A DNA stretch of 63,236 nucleotides, filler included, from Octopus bimaculoides (Eukaryota): assembly GCF_001194135.2 (NCBI RefSeq). It is 4 parts of 4 records of this genome, joined end to end, with 100 filler letters (N's around TTAATTAATTAA, not from the genome) between each part and the next. Parts side by side here need not be neighbours in the genome. Positions count along the whole stretch, not along the records: positions 1 to 19,106 come from NC_068989.1; 3 more parts are not named here. One strand, written 5' to 3'. A model generated the notes under the pieces. The model searched no databases and was not told where the DNA came from. It saw only the letters and a list, made by a program, of their open reading frames with translations. Below, one piece after another: positions 1-11,452 of the stretch (positions within the stretch are counted from its first letter, which is position 1; each line of letters begins with the position of its first letter). The position numbers were made by a program, and so were the translations under genes.

Positions 1-720
1 TGTCTCAATTCCTTTTATCCTCGTCTTCCATACTGCCTCTTTCGCTATTGCTACAACCGTGAGAAAACAATTCTTACCTTCGTTTGTTAAAACTCCCGGT
101 GGGTTAATTTTTATAATTGACTCAGTCGACAGCTGTACTCTTCCTTCGCCGGACAACAGGTGTTCAGCATAAGCCCACATTTCAGATATCTCCGGACACT
201 GAACAATAGCGTGAGGGACGGTTTCCCTGTCTCCCCCGCATCTTGGACAGGTCGGCGACTGACGCTTACCGTGTCTTGCAAGCTCATCCCAAACGGGCAA
301 GGCATCTCTGTAGCATTGCCAGGTCAAGGACTTTCGGAAGCTGTCCAACGTTCTCAACCCGAATGTACGTTGAAACAGGCTGTCCAGTTGAATAAACCCG
401 AGACCTAGAATCACCCCCAGGCCATCGTCGCATTCCGATTCTACCAACCCACTATATAAAATCCGTGTGGAACCCCCACCGCTGGCGTTGCCCGAGCGCC
501 GGAAGAGCAAGAGGGCCTTACGATACTCTTTATGCCATTCACTCGACCTCGGTCTACAAGAACACCAGGCTTCCTGTTCGCAAAAACTTTTGAACTCGGG
601 GAACATTTGTCTGGCCAGCGGAGACCACACCCGTTCACTATCCAGGAGAATCCAGAGGTGCCTCAATCTCAACGCATGCCTGCGCATCATTAACCAAGGC
701 ATCCCTAAACCTCCCTTACC
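1..720 (-). mobile_element. Tx1/L1-clade non-LTR retrotransposon ORF2 C-terminal part; 5'-truncated, open frame running off the window edge
   Basis: Manual translation from 720 down gives 240 codons with no stop: GKGGLGMPWLMMRRHALRLRHLW...ERVWS...CPRCGGDRETVPHAIVQCP (CCHC zinc knuckle, 193-249)...AKEAVWKTRIKGIET. Homologous to the ALRLRHLQRYLNGEQVWS segment at 60142-60606. Confidence 0.9.
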
Positions 721-769
721 GCTAAGCATTTTACCCGGCATGCTAACGTTTCTGCGAGCTCGCCGCCTT
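717..769 (-). mobile_element. SINE family A tRNA-like head fragment fused to the Tx1 5' junction
   Basis: Minus strand reads aaggcggcgagctcgcagaaacgttagcatgccgggtaaaatgcttagcggta and continues directly into the LINE frame. GGTA (717-720) is shared by both. Confidence 0.85.
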
Positions 770-1838
770 AAATAGTTCATTCTATTATAGGCACAAGGCC
801 CGAAATTTGGGGCCGAAAATGAAGAGGAGTTGGACATGCTGTAAGCAACATATTACATATATATATATATATAGTAATATACAGAAGAGAGCAGAACAGA
901 AAGTAAAGCAAAGAATGTGGAAGAGGGCTACTATATATTCAATGCATTCTGTTTTTGATTAGAATTTAATTTATCCATCCCAGAAGAATGATGGTTAAGT
1001 TCAACTTTAGCTGAACTTGAACTCGGAATTCGGAATGGACACAAATATAACGAAGTTCTACAAGGTAAGCACAATTCCCATCTTTTTAGCACCTTTGCTG
1101 TCGTGAAGTCTATGGAATAAAATCATTGGGTGGAATCCGAAAACGGAAGAATCATTCATGGATAGTTTTGATTTAAGAATTTACCAACCAAAGCGTTAGT
1201 AGATGGGGTTTATAGTTTTATTGCAGTTAAGAAGTGAATAATTGGATTATTTGAAGAATTATCAACCCAGACGTTAGTAAGGTGGCGTTTCTTCAGATGG
1301 AACATAGCGCGATGATGAATCACCAGATAGTAACAACTAGATCGGTCGTGGGCTCTTAGATAAGAAGGGCGCATTGGAATGTAGCTATTGACATAAAGGA
1401 AGACGGGATGGTCATCATTGGAATACTTTGAAAATAGGTCTTTTCTATCAGAGCTGATCATTGATTAAACGACAGCAACAGCACCGTAACACATACTATT
1501 CTTCGTTATTATCTTATATAACTATTATTACTTCAGCTAATGTTTGAACACGTCTTTGTTTTTCTTTTTTCTTTTTCCTCTCTATTCATCATAACCATAT
1601 TCACAATAATTACATTCTTAACAGGCTGGAACGATGATTCTCTTTTCACTAATGACATTTGTTTTTGTTTTGTTTTTTTGTTTTTCTTTATAATTTAGTA
1701 GAGCTTTGTTTACGTCTCCTTTAGATTCTTAGTTCAAATCTTGTTATGGTCAATGCAAACCTTTATTTTTCTGGCCCCAACAGAATACGTTTCAGTCGTG
1801 CCAGAGATGCTGGTTTAACTAAATATCCATAACGTTAC

Positions 1839-2046
1839 TTATTTCTGTATTGCCCACAAAGGGCTAAGCATACAGGGGACAAACAAGGACAGACAAAGGG
1901 ATTAAGTCGATTACATCGAAACCAGTGCGTGACTTGTACTTAATTTATCGACCCCGAAAGGATGAAAGGCAAAGTTGACCTCGGCGGAATTTTAACTCAG
2001 ATACCGCTAAGCATTTCGCCCGGCGTGCTAACGTTTCTGCCAGCTC
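1839..2046 (-). mobile_element. SINE family A, A1 tail variant, with target-site duplication
   Basis: B-box-like ctgagttaaaattcc, body gcctttcatcctttcggggtcgataaattaagtac, A1 tail gggcaatacagaaataa. TSD tccataacgttact at 1826-1839 and 2045-2058. Short internal deletion. Confidence 0.9.
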
Positions 2047-2119
2047 CATAACGTTACTATTAAACATCTGACCTCATGGCAAAGTTAAAAGTCATTTTTT
2101 ATCTCTAATTATGGCACTC

Positions 2120-2381
2120 GTGGAGGCGCGTGTAAGTAGTTAGGATGTCAGCATCATGATCTTTAGATTGTGGTTTCGATTCCTTGACCGAGCGACGCAT
2201 TGTGTTCTTGAGCAAAACATTTCATTTCACGTTGCTCCAGTCCACTCAGCTAGCAAAAATGAGTAACGTTGCGATAGACTGGCGTCCCGTCCAGTTGGGA
2301 AACACATACGCCATTGAAACCGAGAAACGGACCCATGCGCTTGGCTAGGCTTTAAAAGGGCGCATTTATTTATTTATTTTT
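2120..2381 (+). mobile_element. SINE family E (tRNA head, V/CORE-like body, (ATTT)n tail)
   Basis: gtggaggcgcg...ggtttcgattcc head; gtgttcttgagcaaaacattt and gcgatagactggcgtcccgtccag body. TSD taat(t/c)atggcactc at 2106-2119 and 2382-2395. Confidence 0.85.
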
Positions 2382-4137
2382 TAATCATGGCACTCACACG
2401 GTTATGGTTTTTTCTCCACGTACAACATCTTATTCCAAACAGTTTTTCAGAGATACGTTTGAAGAATTTCTCGAGATTTGGAACAAAGTGATATCCTGTC
2501 ATTATAAATATGTTGCACTGTATAATCATATCAAACTGACAATTTCCTTAGATGTGTTGGTTTGTTCTGTTGTACAATTGAACTTCCAAGGGTTATAACT
2601 ATGATGTATTATAATGCTACTTCCCTTTAAAATATCTTCTCTCTACAAATGTCTGTGCGCGCGCGCATGTGTGTGTGTGGACGTATGTATGTATGTATGT
2701 ATGTATGTATGTATGTATGTATGCATATATGTATGCATATGTACGTATGTATGTATTACTATGTTGTAACTGTGTTGAGAGTGAAATTATTTATCAGTTA
2801 GTTGTTATCGATATATATAATTATACCCAAATCAGCAATCGTAGATCAAACTTCCCATCAAATGCCTTCTATGTGTCGCATGTGAGTTTTTTCGTTCAAA
2901 CACAATAACCAGATAATCCAATTTTTTTTTAAATCGTTGTGTGTATATATTTTAGATCGTATTATGTTACGCAAATACTTTCATCGTTTGTATGGCAAAA
3001 TACCGATCTTAAATTTTATTGAGAAGCACGGATCATAAGTTACATCAAATACCAAGTACCAAATTATTGTGAATAATATAATAAATTTATTGAGCAATAA
3101 TATCGGAAACTGCATTGAATATCACGTATTATATATATTGTATTCCATTTTACATGTTTATGCTTAAGAGTTTACGCCTTCAGTGCAACACAGGAAGAGC
3201 CGTAGGAGGAGAAACAACCTCTGAACACGGATCTGTTATCCCATTTATTTTCGTTCAATACAATGCATTGTATTCTTTGTTGTTGAATTCCTAAAGTTAA
3301 GAATAAACTGAATACTAAGGCTTATAAAAGTAGTTCGTGCTTATGGGGTGGGGGTCGATAAAATAAGTACCATTTGAGTAATGGATTCAATTTAATCGAC
3401 TGTCTCCTTTCCTTTAAATTTATGGCTTTACGTCTACGAATAGAAAGGCTTGTTTTCTAATTTGGTGAGAGTTATCTCCCTTACAGTTTGACAGTTTAAG
3501 GGAGATAACTCTAAATACGCAAAGCTTAAATGAAAGTAAATTATATGCAAGTTCAAATTTACACACACATATATACAAACTCGCGCATAGACACACACAC
3601 ACACACATATATACAAACTCGCGTTCACACACACATATATACAAACTCGCGCGCACACACACACACATGGGTGGGGGCGGGTCTGTTCTCCAGGGCACAG
3701 TTGAAAATCTTGATCTGTTACCATCAATAAAATAGATCTCAAATACTCGGTCCTTTAGCGTGCAACGGAGGTCAGATATGTGGTAATTACTGACTACCAG
3801 AGCGTCAAGAATGACTCCAATATTCACAGGATATGCTAAAAACTTACGAAAACACTTTTAATCTTTCTGTCGCATAGCCAACAGTTATCATTTATTCCAG
3901 TTCATATACCATCATCATTTATTCCAGTTCGTATACAGGGTCCTCGAACTAAGTTTGACAATTATGTCAGTTTTTTTCATTTATTTTAATCTTATTTATT
4001 TATTTATTTATTGTTTCCTGAACATCTTGATGTATTGAACAGTCAACAGTTTTGGACTGCTTCAAGTTGTAGTTGAGAAAAAGTGAAGTGATATGGAGGG
4101 TAGAAATCCATCTGAATATTGGAAAAGAGTTACCCAT

Positions 4138-4301
4138 AGGCGCAGGAGTGGCTGTGTGGTAAGTAACTTGCTTACCAACCACATGGTTCCGGGTTCATTC
4201 CCACTGCGTGGCACCTTGGGCAAGTGTCTGCTACTATAGCCTCGAGCCGACCAAATCCTTGCGAGTGGATTTGGTAGACAGAAACTGAAAGAAGCCTGTC
4301 G

Positions 4302-4330
<29 letters not shown>
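4138..4330 (+). mobile_element. SINE family B 5' half (tRNA head, CORE-like motif) running into (TA)n
   Basis: ggcgcaggagtggctgtgtggtaag...ccgggttcattccc; gcaccttgggcaagtgtc resembles the CORE motif; gtggatttggtagacagaaactgaaagaagcc. Confidence 0.85.
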
Positions 4331-4332
<2 letters not shown>

Positions 4333-4429
4333 TCATCATCATCATCGTTTAACGTCCGCTTTCCATGCTAGCATGGGTTGGACGATTTGACTGAGGACTG
4401 GTGAAACCGGATGGCAACACCAGGCTCCA
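4331..4429 (-). mobile_element. Family C element 3' end ((GAT)n tail), cut by gap
   Basis: catcatcatcgtttaacgtccgctttccatgctagcatgggttggacg is the reverse complement of the family C 3' end. Confidence 0.85.
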
Positions 4430-5689
4430 NNNNNNNNNNNNNNNNNNNNNNNNNNNNNNNNNNNNNNNNNNNNNNNNNNNNNNNNNNNNNNNNNNNNNNN
4501 NNNNNNNNNNNNNNNNNNNNNNNNNNNNNNNNNNNNNNNNNNNNNNNNNNNNNNNNNNNNNNNNNNNNNNNNNNNNNNNNNNNNNNNNNNNNNNNNNNNN
4601 NNNNNNNNNNNNNNNNNNNNNNNNNNNNNNNNNNNNNNNNNNNNNNNNNNNNNNNNNNNNNNNNNNNNNNNNNNNNNNNNNNNNNNNNNNNNNNNNNNNN
4701 NNNNNNNNNNNNNNNNNNNNNNNNNNNNNNNNNNNNNNNNNNNNNNNNNNNNNNNNNNNNNNNNNNNNNNNNNNNNNNNNNNNNNNNNNNNNNNNNNNNN
4801 NNNNNNNNNNNNNNNNNNNNNNNNNNNNNNNNNNNNNNNNNNNNNNNNNNNNNNNNNNNNNNNNNNNNNNNNNNNNNNNNNNNNNNNNNNNNNNNNNNNN
4901 NNNNNNNNNNNNNNNNNNNNNNNNNNNNNNNNNNNNNNNNNNNNNNNNNNNNNNNNNNNNNNNNNNNNNNNNNNNNNNNNNNNNNNNNNNNNNNNNNNNN
5001 NNNNNNNNNNNNNNNNNNNNNNNNNNNNNNNNNNNNNNNNNNNNNNNNNNNNNNNNNNNNNNNNNNNNNNNNNNNNNNNNNNNNNNNNNNNNNNNNNNNN
5101 NNNNNNNNNNNNNNNNNNNNNNNNNNNNNNNNNNNNNNNNNNNNNNNNNNNNNNNNNNNNNNNNAAAAAAAAAAAAAAAAAAAAAAGAGTAAAAAAAATA
5201 TATCACAACGACTCGCATCAGGTATCAAAATGCCGACATCGTGACTACTTCTCAATGTTCTGTGAACAATATAACTGTATATCTATCCAATGTTCTTTGT
5301 TTTTACAAGACAGCATGCAGTGATCTGAGCGTAATGTTTCTGCTTTTTATACTGGATCAAACGGCAAGTTAGATGTTACGCTGTTTTCCTTTCACTGCAC
5401 TTGTCACTGTGACACACACAGAATCAATATTGTTAATCCATAAAACAGAATAAAATGAAAACAACAACAAAACTTCAAGAAAAAATGACAAGAAAACACC
5501 AAACATTAATTAAGAAATTTTCAACAAAGTTGTTTTTATTTTAATAAAAAAGAGGATTTTTTTTTATTATGCTCTGGTCCTTATAAAAGAAGTTGTTCCT
5601 GTTGTATTGTGAAGGGTTTATCGACCCTCAATTTGAAAGAAATGAAAAATATATGTATAAGTAACAATAATAATAATAATAATAATTTC

Positions 5690-6773
5690 TTTTCACTGGA
5701 AACAATATCGTAAGTCTTAAAAGAATATGTAGTCGAGTCGATTTCATCATCACCAGTATTAGGTTTATACATGCTTATCGATCCCAGAGGGACAAAAGGC
5801 AAAGATGACCTCGGTAGGATTTGAACTACGATTGTAGAGGTTCAGTGATTAATGTGAGACATTAAATCCAGCGCTCTACATTATCTATCAATTTGCCACA
5901 TTTAATAAGAATTTTTTGTTTCGTAACATAGGCTCAGGGCTACAAATAGGTTAGAGTAGTGCAGAATGGAGGAGTAGAAGCTTTCTTCAATCATCAGTAT
6001 TTGACTGATACTGATTTTTATCGACACCAGAATGGAAAAGTCAACTTCGACAGGAATTGAATTCAGAACGTAAAAAGTGACGGAATAAACACGTTAAGAC
6101 ATTTATTTCCGACTCTCAAACGATTCTGCCAATCTATCGCTTTTTCGATTATAAAAATTAACATGTACACAAGGCCAGAAGTTTGGAGAAGATGGGGGCA
6201 GGTTTAGTCTTGTATATCGACCCCTCCCCCACCAGTACTTGACTGGTGCTCTATTTCATTTACCCTTAGAAGGATTAAAAGGGAGAAGTTGACCTTGGCG
6301 GGATTTGAACTCATCACTACCTTATAGGCACAACACTACGAATTATCAGCCAATTAAATTGACTGTTTCTTATTTTATTAACACCGGAAGATTTTTTTTT
6401 TTTTTTTTTTTAGGTAGGGGCAAGTTTATTATGGCAGGATTTAAATTCGAAACGTAAAGGGACTTAGCTAAATAGAGTAAGTTATTTAATCCAGCGTTCA
6501 ATGATTCATCAATTCATCTCCCTTTCTTCTTCTAATTTAGGCAGAGTGCCAGTAATTTCCAACGGAGGGGGTTAATCGATACACTATCGACACCAGTACT
6601 AGACTGGTACTTTATTTTAATGACCCCGAAAGGATGAAAGGCAAATCTGTACCAGCCGGGATTTGAACTCAGAATGTAAAGAGCTAAAACAAATATACTA
6701 CAAGAAATTTTCCAGATGCTCTAACAATTCTGCAAGCTCGTCAACACTTCACCCACAAACTAATAACAACAAC

Positions 6774-6806
<33 letters not shown>

Positions 6807-7021
6807 CCTTTCTATTATAGGCACAAGGCCTGAAATTTTAGGGGTGGGGACTAGCCGATTACATCGACCCCAGCGTTTCACTGGTTCTTAATTCATAGAC
6901 TCCGAAAGGATAAAAGGCAAAGTCGACCTCGGCGCAATTTGAACTCAGACTGTAACGACGGACGAAATACCGCCAAGCATTTCGCCCGGCGCGCTAACGA
7001 TTCTGCCAGCTCGCTGCCTAA

Positions 7022-7053
<32 letters not shown>

Positions 7054-8725
7054 TAATTGGGCACTGCACACATCCTACGCAAAACACTTTCAATACAGTA
7101 ACCATAAGAGCAGCACACAGAGCTGCGCTCGGTAGTGAAGTGAAAGCACGCTATAAAAATAAAACTACTGAATAATAAATCAATAAATAAATAAATATGT
7201 GAAGAAAATAACATGGTAATGAGGTATTTCAAGTTACTGCCTTTCAAATGATAGAATATTAAATACTTGTGTGAAAATGGCTTTCTTTATGTGAATTTTT
7301 GCGATTAGTAATTATTATTATACTTTGATTTAATGGTCTGGTGTCCTCGTCTTTAGTTGTTTATCTCGGCACTTTGCGGTTTGAATGAAGGGTTTGTTTT
7401 CGAGTATACCGTAAATACCGCCGAAACAAAACAGCGACAGAAAACCCACAGAAAGCCAAAGAGTAAAACGAAGCAGTTGAAACACTGCACCTACAACAAC
7501 CAAGAAGAGGTCACTCGAAGAATAAATCAACAACTAATAATAATAATAATAATAATAATAATGGTTTCAAATTTTGCCACCAGGTTAGCAATTTTAGGGG
7601 GAGGGGACGAATAGATTACATCGACCCCAGTGTTCAACTGGTACTTATTTTATCAATCACGAAAGGGATGAAAGGCAAAGTCGACTTCGGTGGAATTTGA
7701 ACTCAGAACGTAAAAACGGACGAAATGCCGCTAAGCATTTTTTCCTGGCGTTCTAATAATTCTTATTTCTTTATTGCCCACAAGGGGCTGAACATAAAGG
7801 GGACAGACAAAGGGATTAAGTCGATTACATTGACTCCCCAGTGCGTAACTGGTACTTAATTTATCGAGCCCCGAAAGGATGAAAGGCAAAGTCGACCTCG
7901 GCGGAATTTGAACTCAAGGCATTTCGCCCGGCGTTCTAATGATTCTGCCACCTCACAGCCTTTTCTTAATAATAATAATAATAATAATAATTTTTTCTAC
8001 TATAGGCACAAAACCTGAAATTTGATGGGAGGAGGCCAGTCGATTAGATCGACCCCAGTACGCAACTGGTACTTAATTTACCGACCCCGTTGGCATACAT
8101 TGCTCTCATCTGTAATATTTCGCCCTGGGCAATCAATGGTGGTATAAAGTGAGATGAATAACTGCAGAATGACGATAATCTAAATAGACATAGCTTCCTT
8201 CCTCTAACACACACACACACACGCACACGCACACAGAGGTGACAGAGTTTATAAACGCCCCAAAGTAATAAATGGTTTCTAATTGAAGCACAAGGACAAC
8301 AGTTTTGAGAAGAAGGAATTAATCGATGCCACCGCCCCCCACTACTGACTGGTACTTTATTTTATCGATACCCGAAGAATTGAAAAGCTGAGAAAACTTC
8401 AGCAGGATTTGAACTCAGGACGTAAAGAGCTGGAACAAAAACCGCAAAACAATTTTTTTTTTTTCGACGCTCTAACAGTTCTACCAGCTCGCTCCCCTAT
8501 ATATCCAAAAGTAATGAAGAGTTCAAATTTTGGCACAAGACCAGCAATTTCGGGACTATGGATGGCTCGATAACATCGACCCAGTACGCAACTGGTACTT
8601 ATTTTATCGACCGCGAAGAGATGAAAGGCAAAGTCAACCTGGGCGGAATTTGAACTCGGAACGTAAAAACCGACGCAAGACCAGAATTTTCAGGGTGGAG
8701 GCAAATCGATTGATTATATCAACGA
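5690..8725 (-). mobile_element. Cluster of about 12 co-oriented SINE family A copies/fragments separated by (TAA)n
   Basis: Copies at ~5690, 5920, 6165, 6318, 6535, 6807, 7562, 7763, 7993, 8275, 8527 and 8676, all carrying parts of atcgacccc...gaaaggcaaagtcgacc...ggaatttgaactcag on the plus strand. Confidence 0.85.
7057..7190 (+). mobile_element. R4/Dong-type RLE LINE extreme 3' end inside (TAA)n
   Basis: Encodes LGTAHILRKTLSIQ* followed by a 3'UTR cacagagctgcgctcggtagtgaagtgaaagcacg...actactgaataataa; near-identical to 53880-54060 (-). Confidence 0.85.
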
Positions 8726-9091
8726 CAGGGCTGAACAAGAAATAATGAATGTTTGATGTAAATTGGTCCCTATGATCTAAATGGTAAGGCAGACCCAAAG
8801 GAACGCATTTCACGACCTTTGTGTCGGCTCATCCTAAATACGTGAAAATTTAGTGGTCAATCTAAAACAATCCAAATCTGTATTTTTATAATGTAAGGTA
8901 AGATATTGTGTTTTACAAAAGCACATAGAAATGACGTTGTTATAAAATACTATAAACTGTATGTATAATATGCTGTGATAATGCACTTTGTATGTGGTTT
9001 TATAAAACATACTAAATATATGTCTGCTGTCGATGGACAGAGAAAATGGTATGAAAACTTGTACTCTCGGTAAAGGAACGGCAAGATTCTA

Positions 9092-9138
9092 ATGTTGGTA
9101 TTGCTACTGCTTTTGAGCTCCATTTTCTTCTAGAGAAG
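9092..9138 (+). CDS. Candidate signal-peptide exon with in-frame TAG (MLVLLLLLSSIFF*R)
   Basis: ATG at 9092, hydrophobic run, TAG at 9131-9133, donor AG|GTAAGC at 9138/9139; the phase matches the next exon. Confidence 0.3.
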
Positions 9139-9209
9139 GTAAGCTATTTTGTATACGAAGAACTACGGTACTCAATGCAATGTTCTATTTCTTTTCTTTT
9201 CTTTTTAAG

Positions 9210-9277
9210 ATGTGTGCTATCTGTGAGAAACATGACTGCTATTTTTAGCAAGTCAAGCAACGGTATGGAAATTGTAC
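9210..9277 (+). CDS. Candidate exon (R)CVLSVRNMTAIFSKSSNGMEIV
   Basis: Long pyrimidine tract tttcttttcttttctttttaag| acceptor and |GTAAGT donor. One open frame (phase 2 to 1). 71-nt GT-AG intron upstream. Confidence 0.4.
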
Positions 9278-9817
9278 GTAAGTTAACTCGTTGCTTGTCC
9301 TTCTGAATTCTAAATTATATTCTATTTCATATCTCATTTGATTTTCATGTACACAGGCTAATATGATTGTGAACATATATTTAACATATTTCGGATAATA
9401 CACATAACACACAAGTATATATACATATATTAAATATATAAAATAAATAATACATAACATCTATGTATATTTATATATACACATAAACACATATAACATT
9501 GCGTAATATATGCAACATACATGACGGATGCCCACATCGAATTTGACAGTTGTTGAATTAGCATATGAAATGGCCGAGTATTCCAACCACACAATTCTCA
9601 GGTAGAATCAACGTGACCTAAGCATGATAAGACTAGACTTCTGAATTACAAGTATAGTTTATCCGACAGGTTTCCATGTAGCTTCAGTCTACCCGTATTC
9701 ACTCACGAGGCTTAGTTTAACATGAGGTTATGGTTAATGTACTTGCCCAAGATAACAATGGGATCCTGGGCCCAGGACTACGTGGGTGCCCACTTTTTAC
9801 CCACCCACTCATTCCTG

Positions 9818-9859
<42 letters not shown>

Positions 9860-9869
9860 TGCTTGTGTT

Positions 9870-10240
9870 ATAAGGAATCTGTTTCTCAAACAATTGGCTT
9901 CGGGTTCAGTCCAATTGCGCGACACCTTGGGTAGGTGCCTAACTCCGGGACGACCAAAGCCTTGTGAGTGGATATGGTAGATTGAATCTGAAAGAACTCC
10001 ATCGTGTGCGTGTGCGTGCATGCATATGAGTGTGTGTGATTACGTCTCAGTGTCTGTCGCACCACCGCTTGACAATCGGCCTTTGTTTGTTTACGTCCTT
10101 GTAACTTAGCAGCTTTGCAAAAGAGACCGATAGACAAAGTAATAGACTTTAAAAACAATAATTATGGTTGATCTGTTCGACTAAAACCCTTCAGGGCGCT
10201 GCCCCATCATGGTCGCAATCCAATGACTGAAACAAGTAAC
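9870..10240 (+). mobile_element. SINE family B, decayed near-full copy with internal (TG)n
   Basis: gacaccttgggtagg...gtggatatggtagattgaatctgaaagaac, (TG)n, then accgcttgacaatcgg...gcaaaagagaccgatag...caatgactgaaacaagtaa. Confidence 0.8.
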
Positions 10241-10914
10241 ACAAAGGGTTAAAGATAAATATTTCATCACCGAAGTTATAGAAGTCAATAGATGGGTTTG
10301 GATAAGGAAAGCAAAGCCGCAGTTTGTTACTACTGAGATGTCACTTGGGAACGGATCGATTTCAGCCAGATCGACTCGATGTGGATTCTGATATTGAAAG
10401 ACCCGAAGCCCCTTAAAAACCCTCAAAACATCACTGATGACTCACCCCAGAGCACCAGTGAGATGTATTTTGAAACAATACATAATGCATACACATGGTG
10501 AATGTGTTTCCTCTTCCAACTGTACCTCTCTCTTTCAGTTCATTATATTTTTCTACTTAATTATTTAGAATTATCATTGTTGTCTTCATAATAGACATGT
10601 GACAGGACGAGCATTGTCCAAGGTAAAAAAAGAATACCATATGTTTATAAAAACAACAATACTTAAAAACTTATTCTATGCAGAAATTTCTCTTCTGGAG
10701 TGGAGTGCGGACTTTAGTTAATCCACCATAGAGGAATTTGAAGGTTCCGATAAGGAATTTTTTTTCAAGTTTTCAAGTTAACATTTGTTTAATTCTCATG
10801 ATACGCACATCTTTGGTTCTAAATTTACTACTCTTGGTATAAAACGTTCTAACATTAAATTTATATGGTTCCTAATTTAGGTACAAAGCCATCAATTTTG
10901 AACAGAGAATGCTT

Positions 10915-11452
10915 TGAGCGGATACCATCGACTCCAGTACTTGGTTGGTATTTTATTCTACCAACCCCACAAAAAATGAAAAGTAAAGATAAGCTCGTCG
11001 GCGGGATTTGAAACCAGAACGTAAAGGAATCGCAAGAAATCCCCCATGACATTTTGTTCCACACTAACCATTCTGGCAGTTCACCTGTGCGCGAGATAAT
11101 ATCAATAATTTTTCTTATCATATATGTATCGGTTAGAACTGGATCGGTGAACAAGTGAAGAGGGAACTGTAAATAAAAACGGTTATCTTCCTGGTTATAA
11201 GACAACGAATCCTGCTCAGTTCAATCCTCATTCAAAGCTGGTAAAAAGTAAAAGACCGCACTTGGTCTTAATATTTTCAAATTTTGACACAAAGCCGACG
11301 AGTTCGGGGATAAATCGATTAAATCGACCCGAATACTCAACTGGTAGTTGTTTAATCGACCCGGAAATGATGAAAAGAATAGCCGACTTTGGAGGAATTT
11401 GAACTCAAAACGTAAAGACGGACGAACACGATTCTGCCAGCTCACCGCCTTC
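10915..11452 (-). mobile_element. Two decayed SINE family A copies (~10915-11085 and ~11275-11452)
   Basis: atcgactccagtac...ggcgggatttgaaaccagaacg; ttttgacacaaagcc...ggaggaatttgaactcaaaacg...attctgccagctcaccgcc. Confidence 0.75.

Noticed and set aside
1210-1461. 83-aa minus-strand ORF in unique sequence, and a possible phase 1-1 exon at ~3720-3830 (-)
   Set aside because: No recognisable domain, ambiguous splice sites, and phases that do not join convincingly.
4138-4205. tRNA-like A/B-box sequences at the heads of families A, B and E
   Set aside because: They continue into SINE bodies and lack complete cloverleaf and acceptor stems, so they are not tRNA genes.
4349-5255. Long ORFs spanning N runs (also at 14084-15073, 21625-22167, 38291-38687, 51290-51907, 53970-54810 and 56908-58719)
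   Set aside because: They are open only because N codons cannot be stops; no coding evidence.
5690-8725. Regularly recurring conserved motifs with variable spacers, superficially CRISPR-like
   Set aside because: The units are ~200-bp diverged SINE copies; there are no identical short repeats and no cas genes.
9000-9135. Possible piggyBac transposase relic (KYMSAVDG, RKWY, NVGIATAFELH)
   Set aside because: Motif spacing is too short, frames shift and no TTAA-flanked TIRs are seen. Kept only as an alternative explanation for the 9092 finding.
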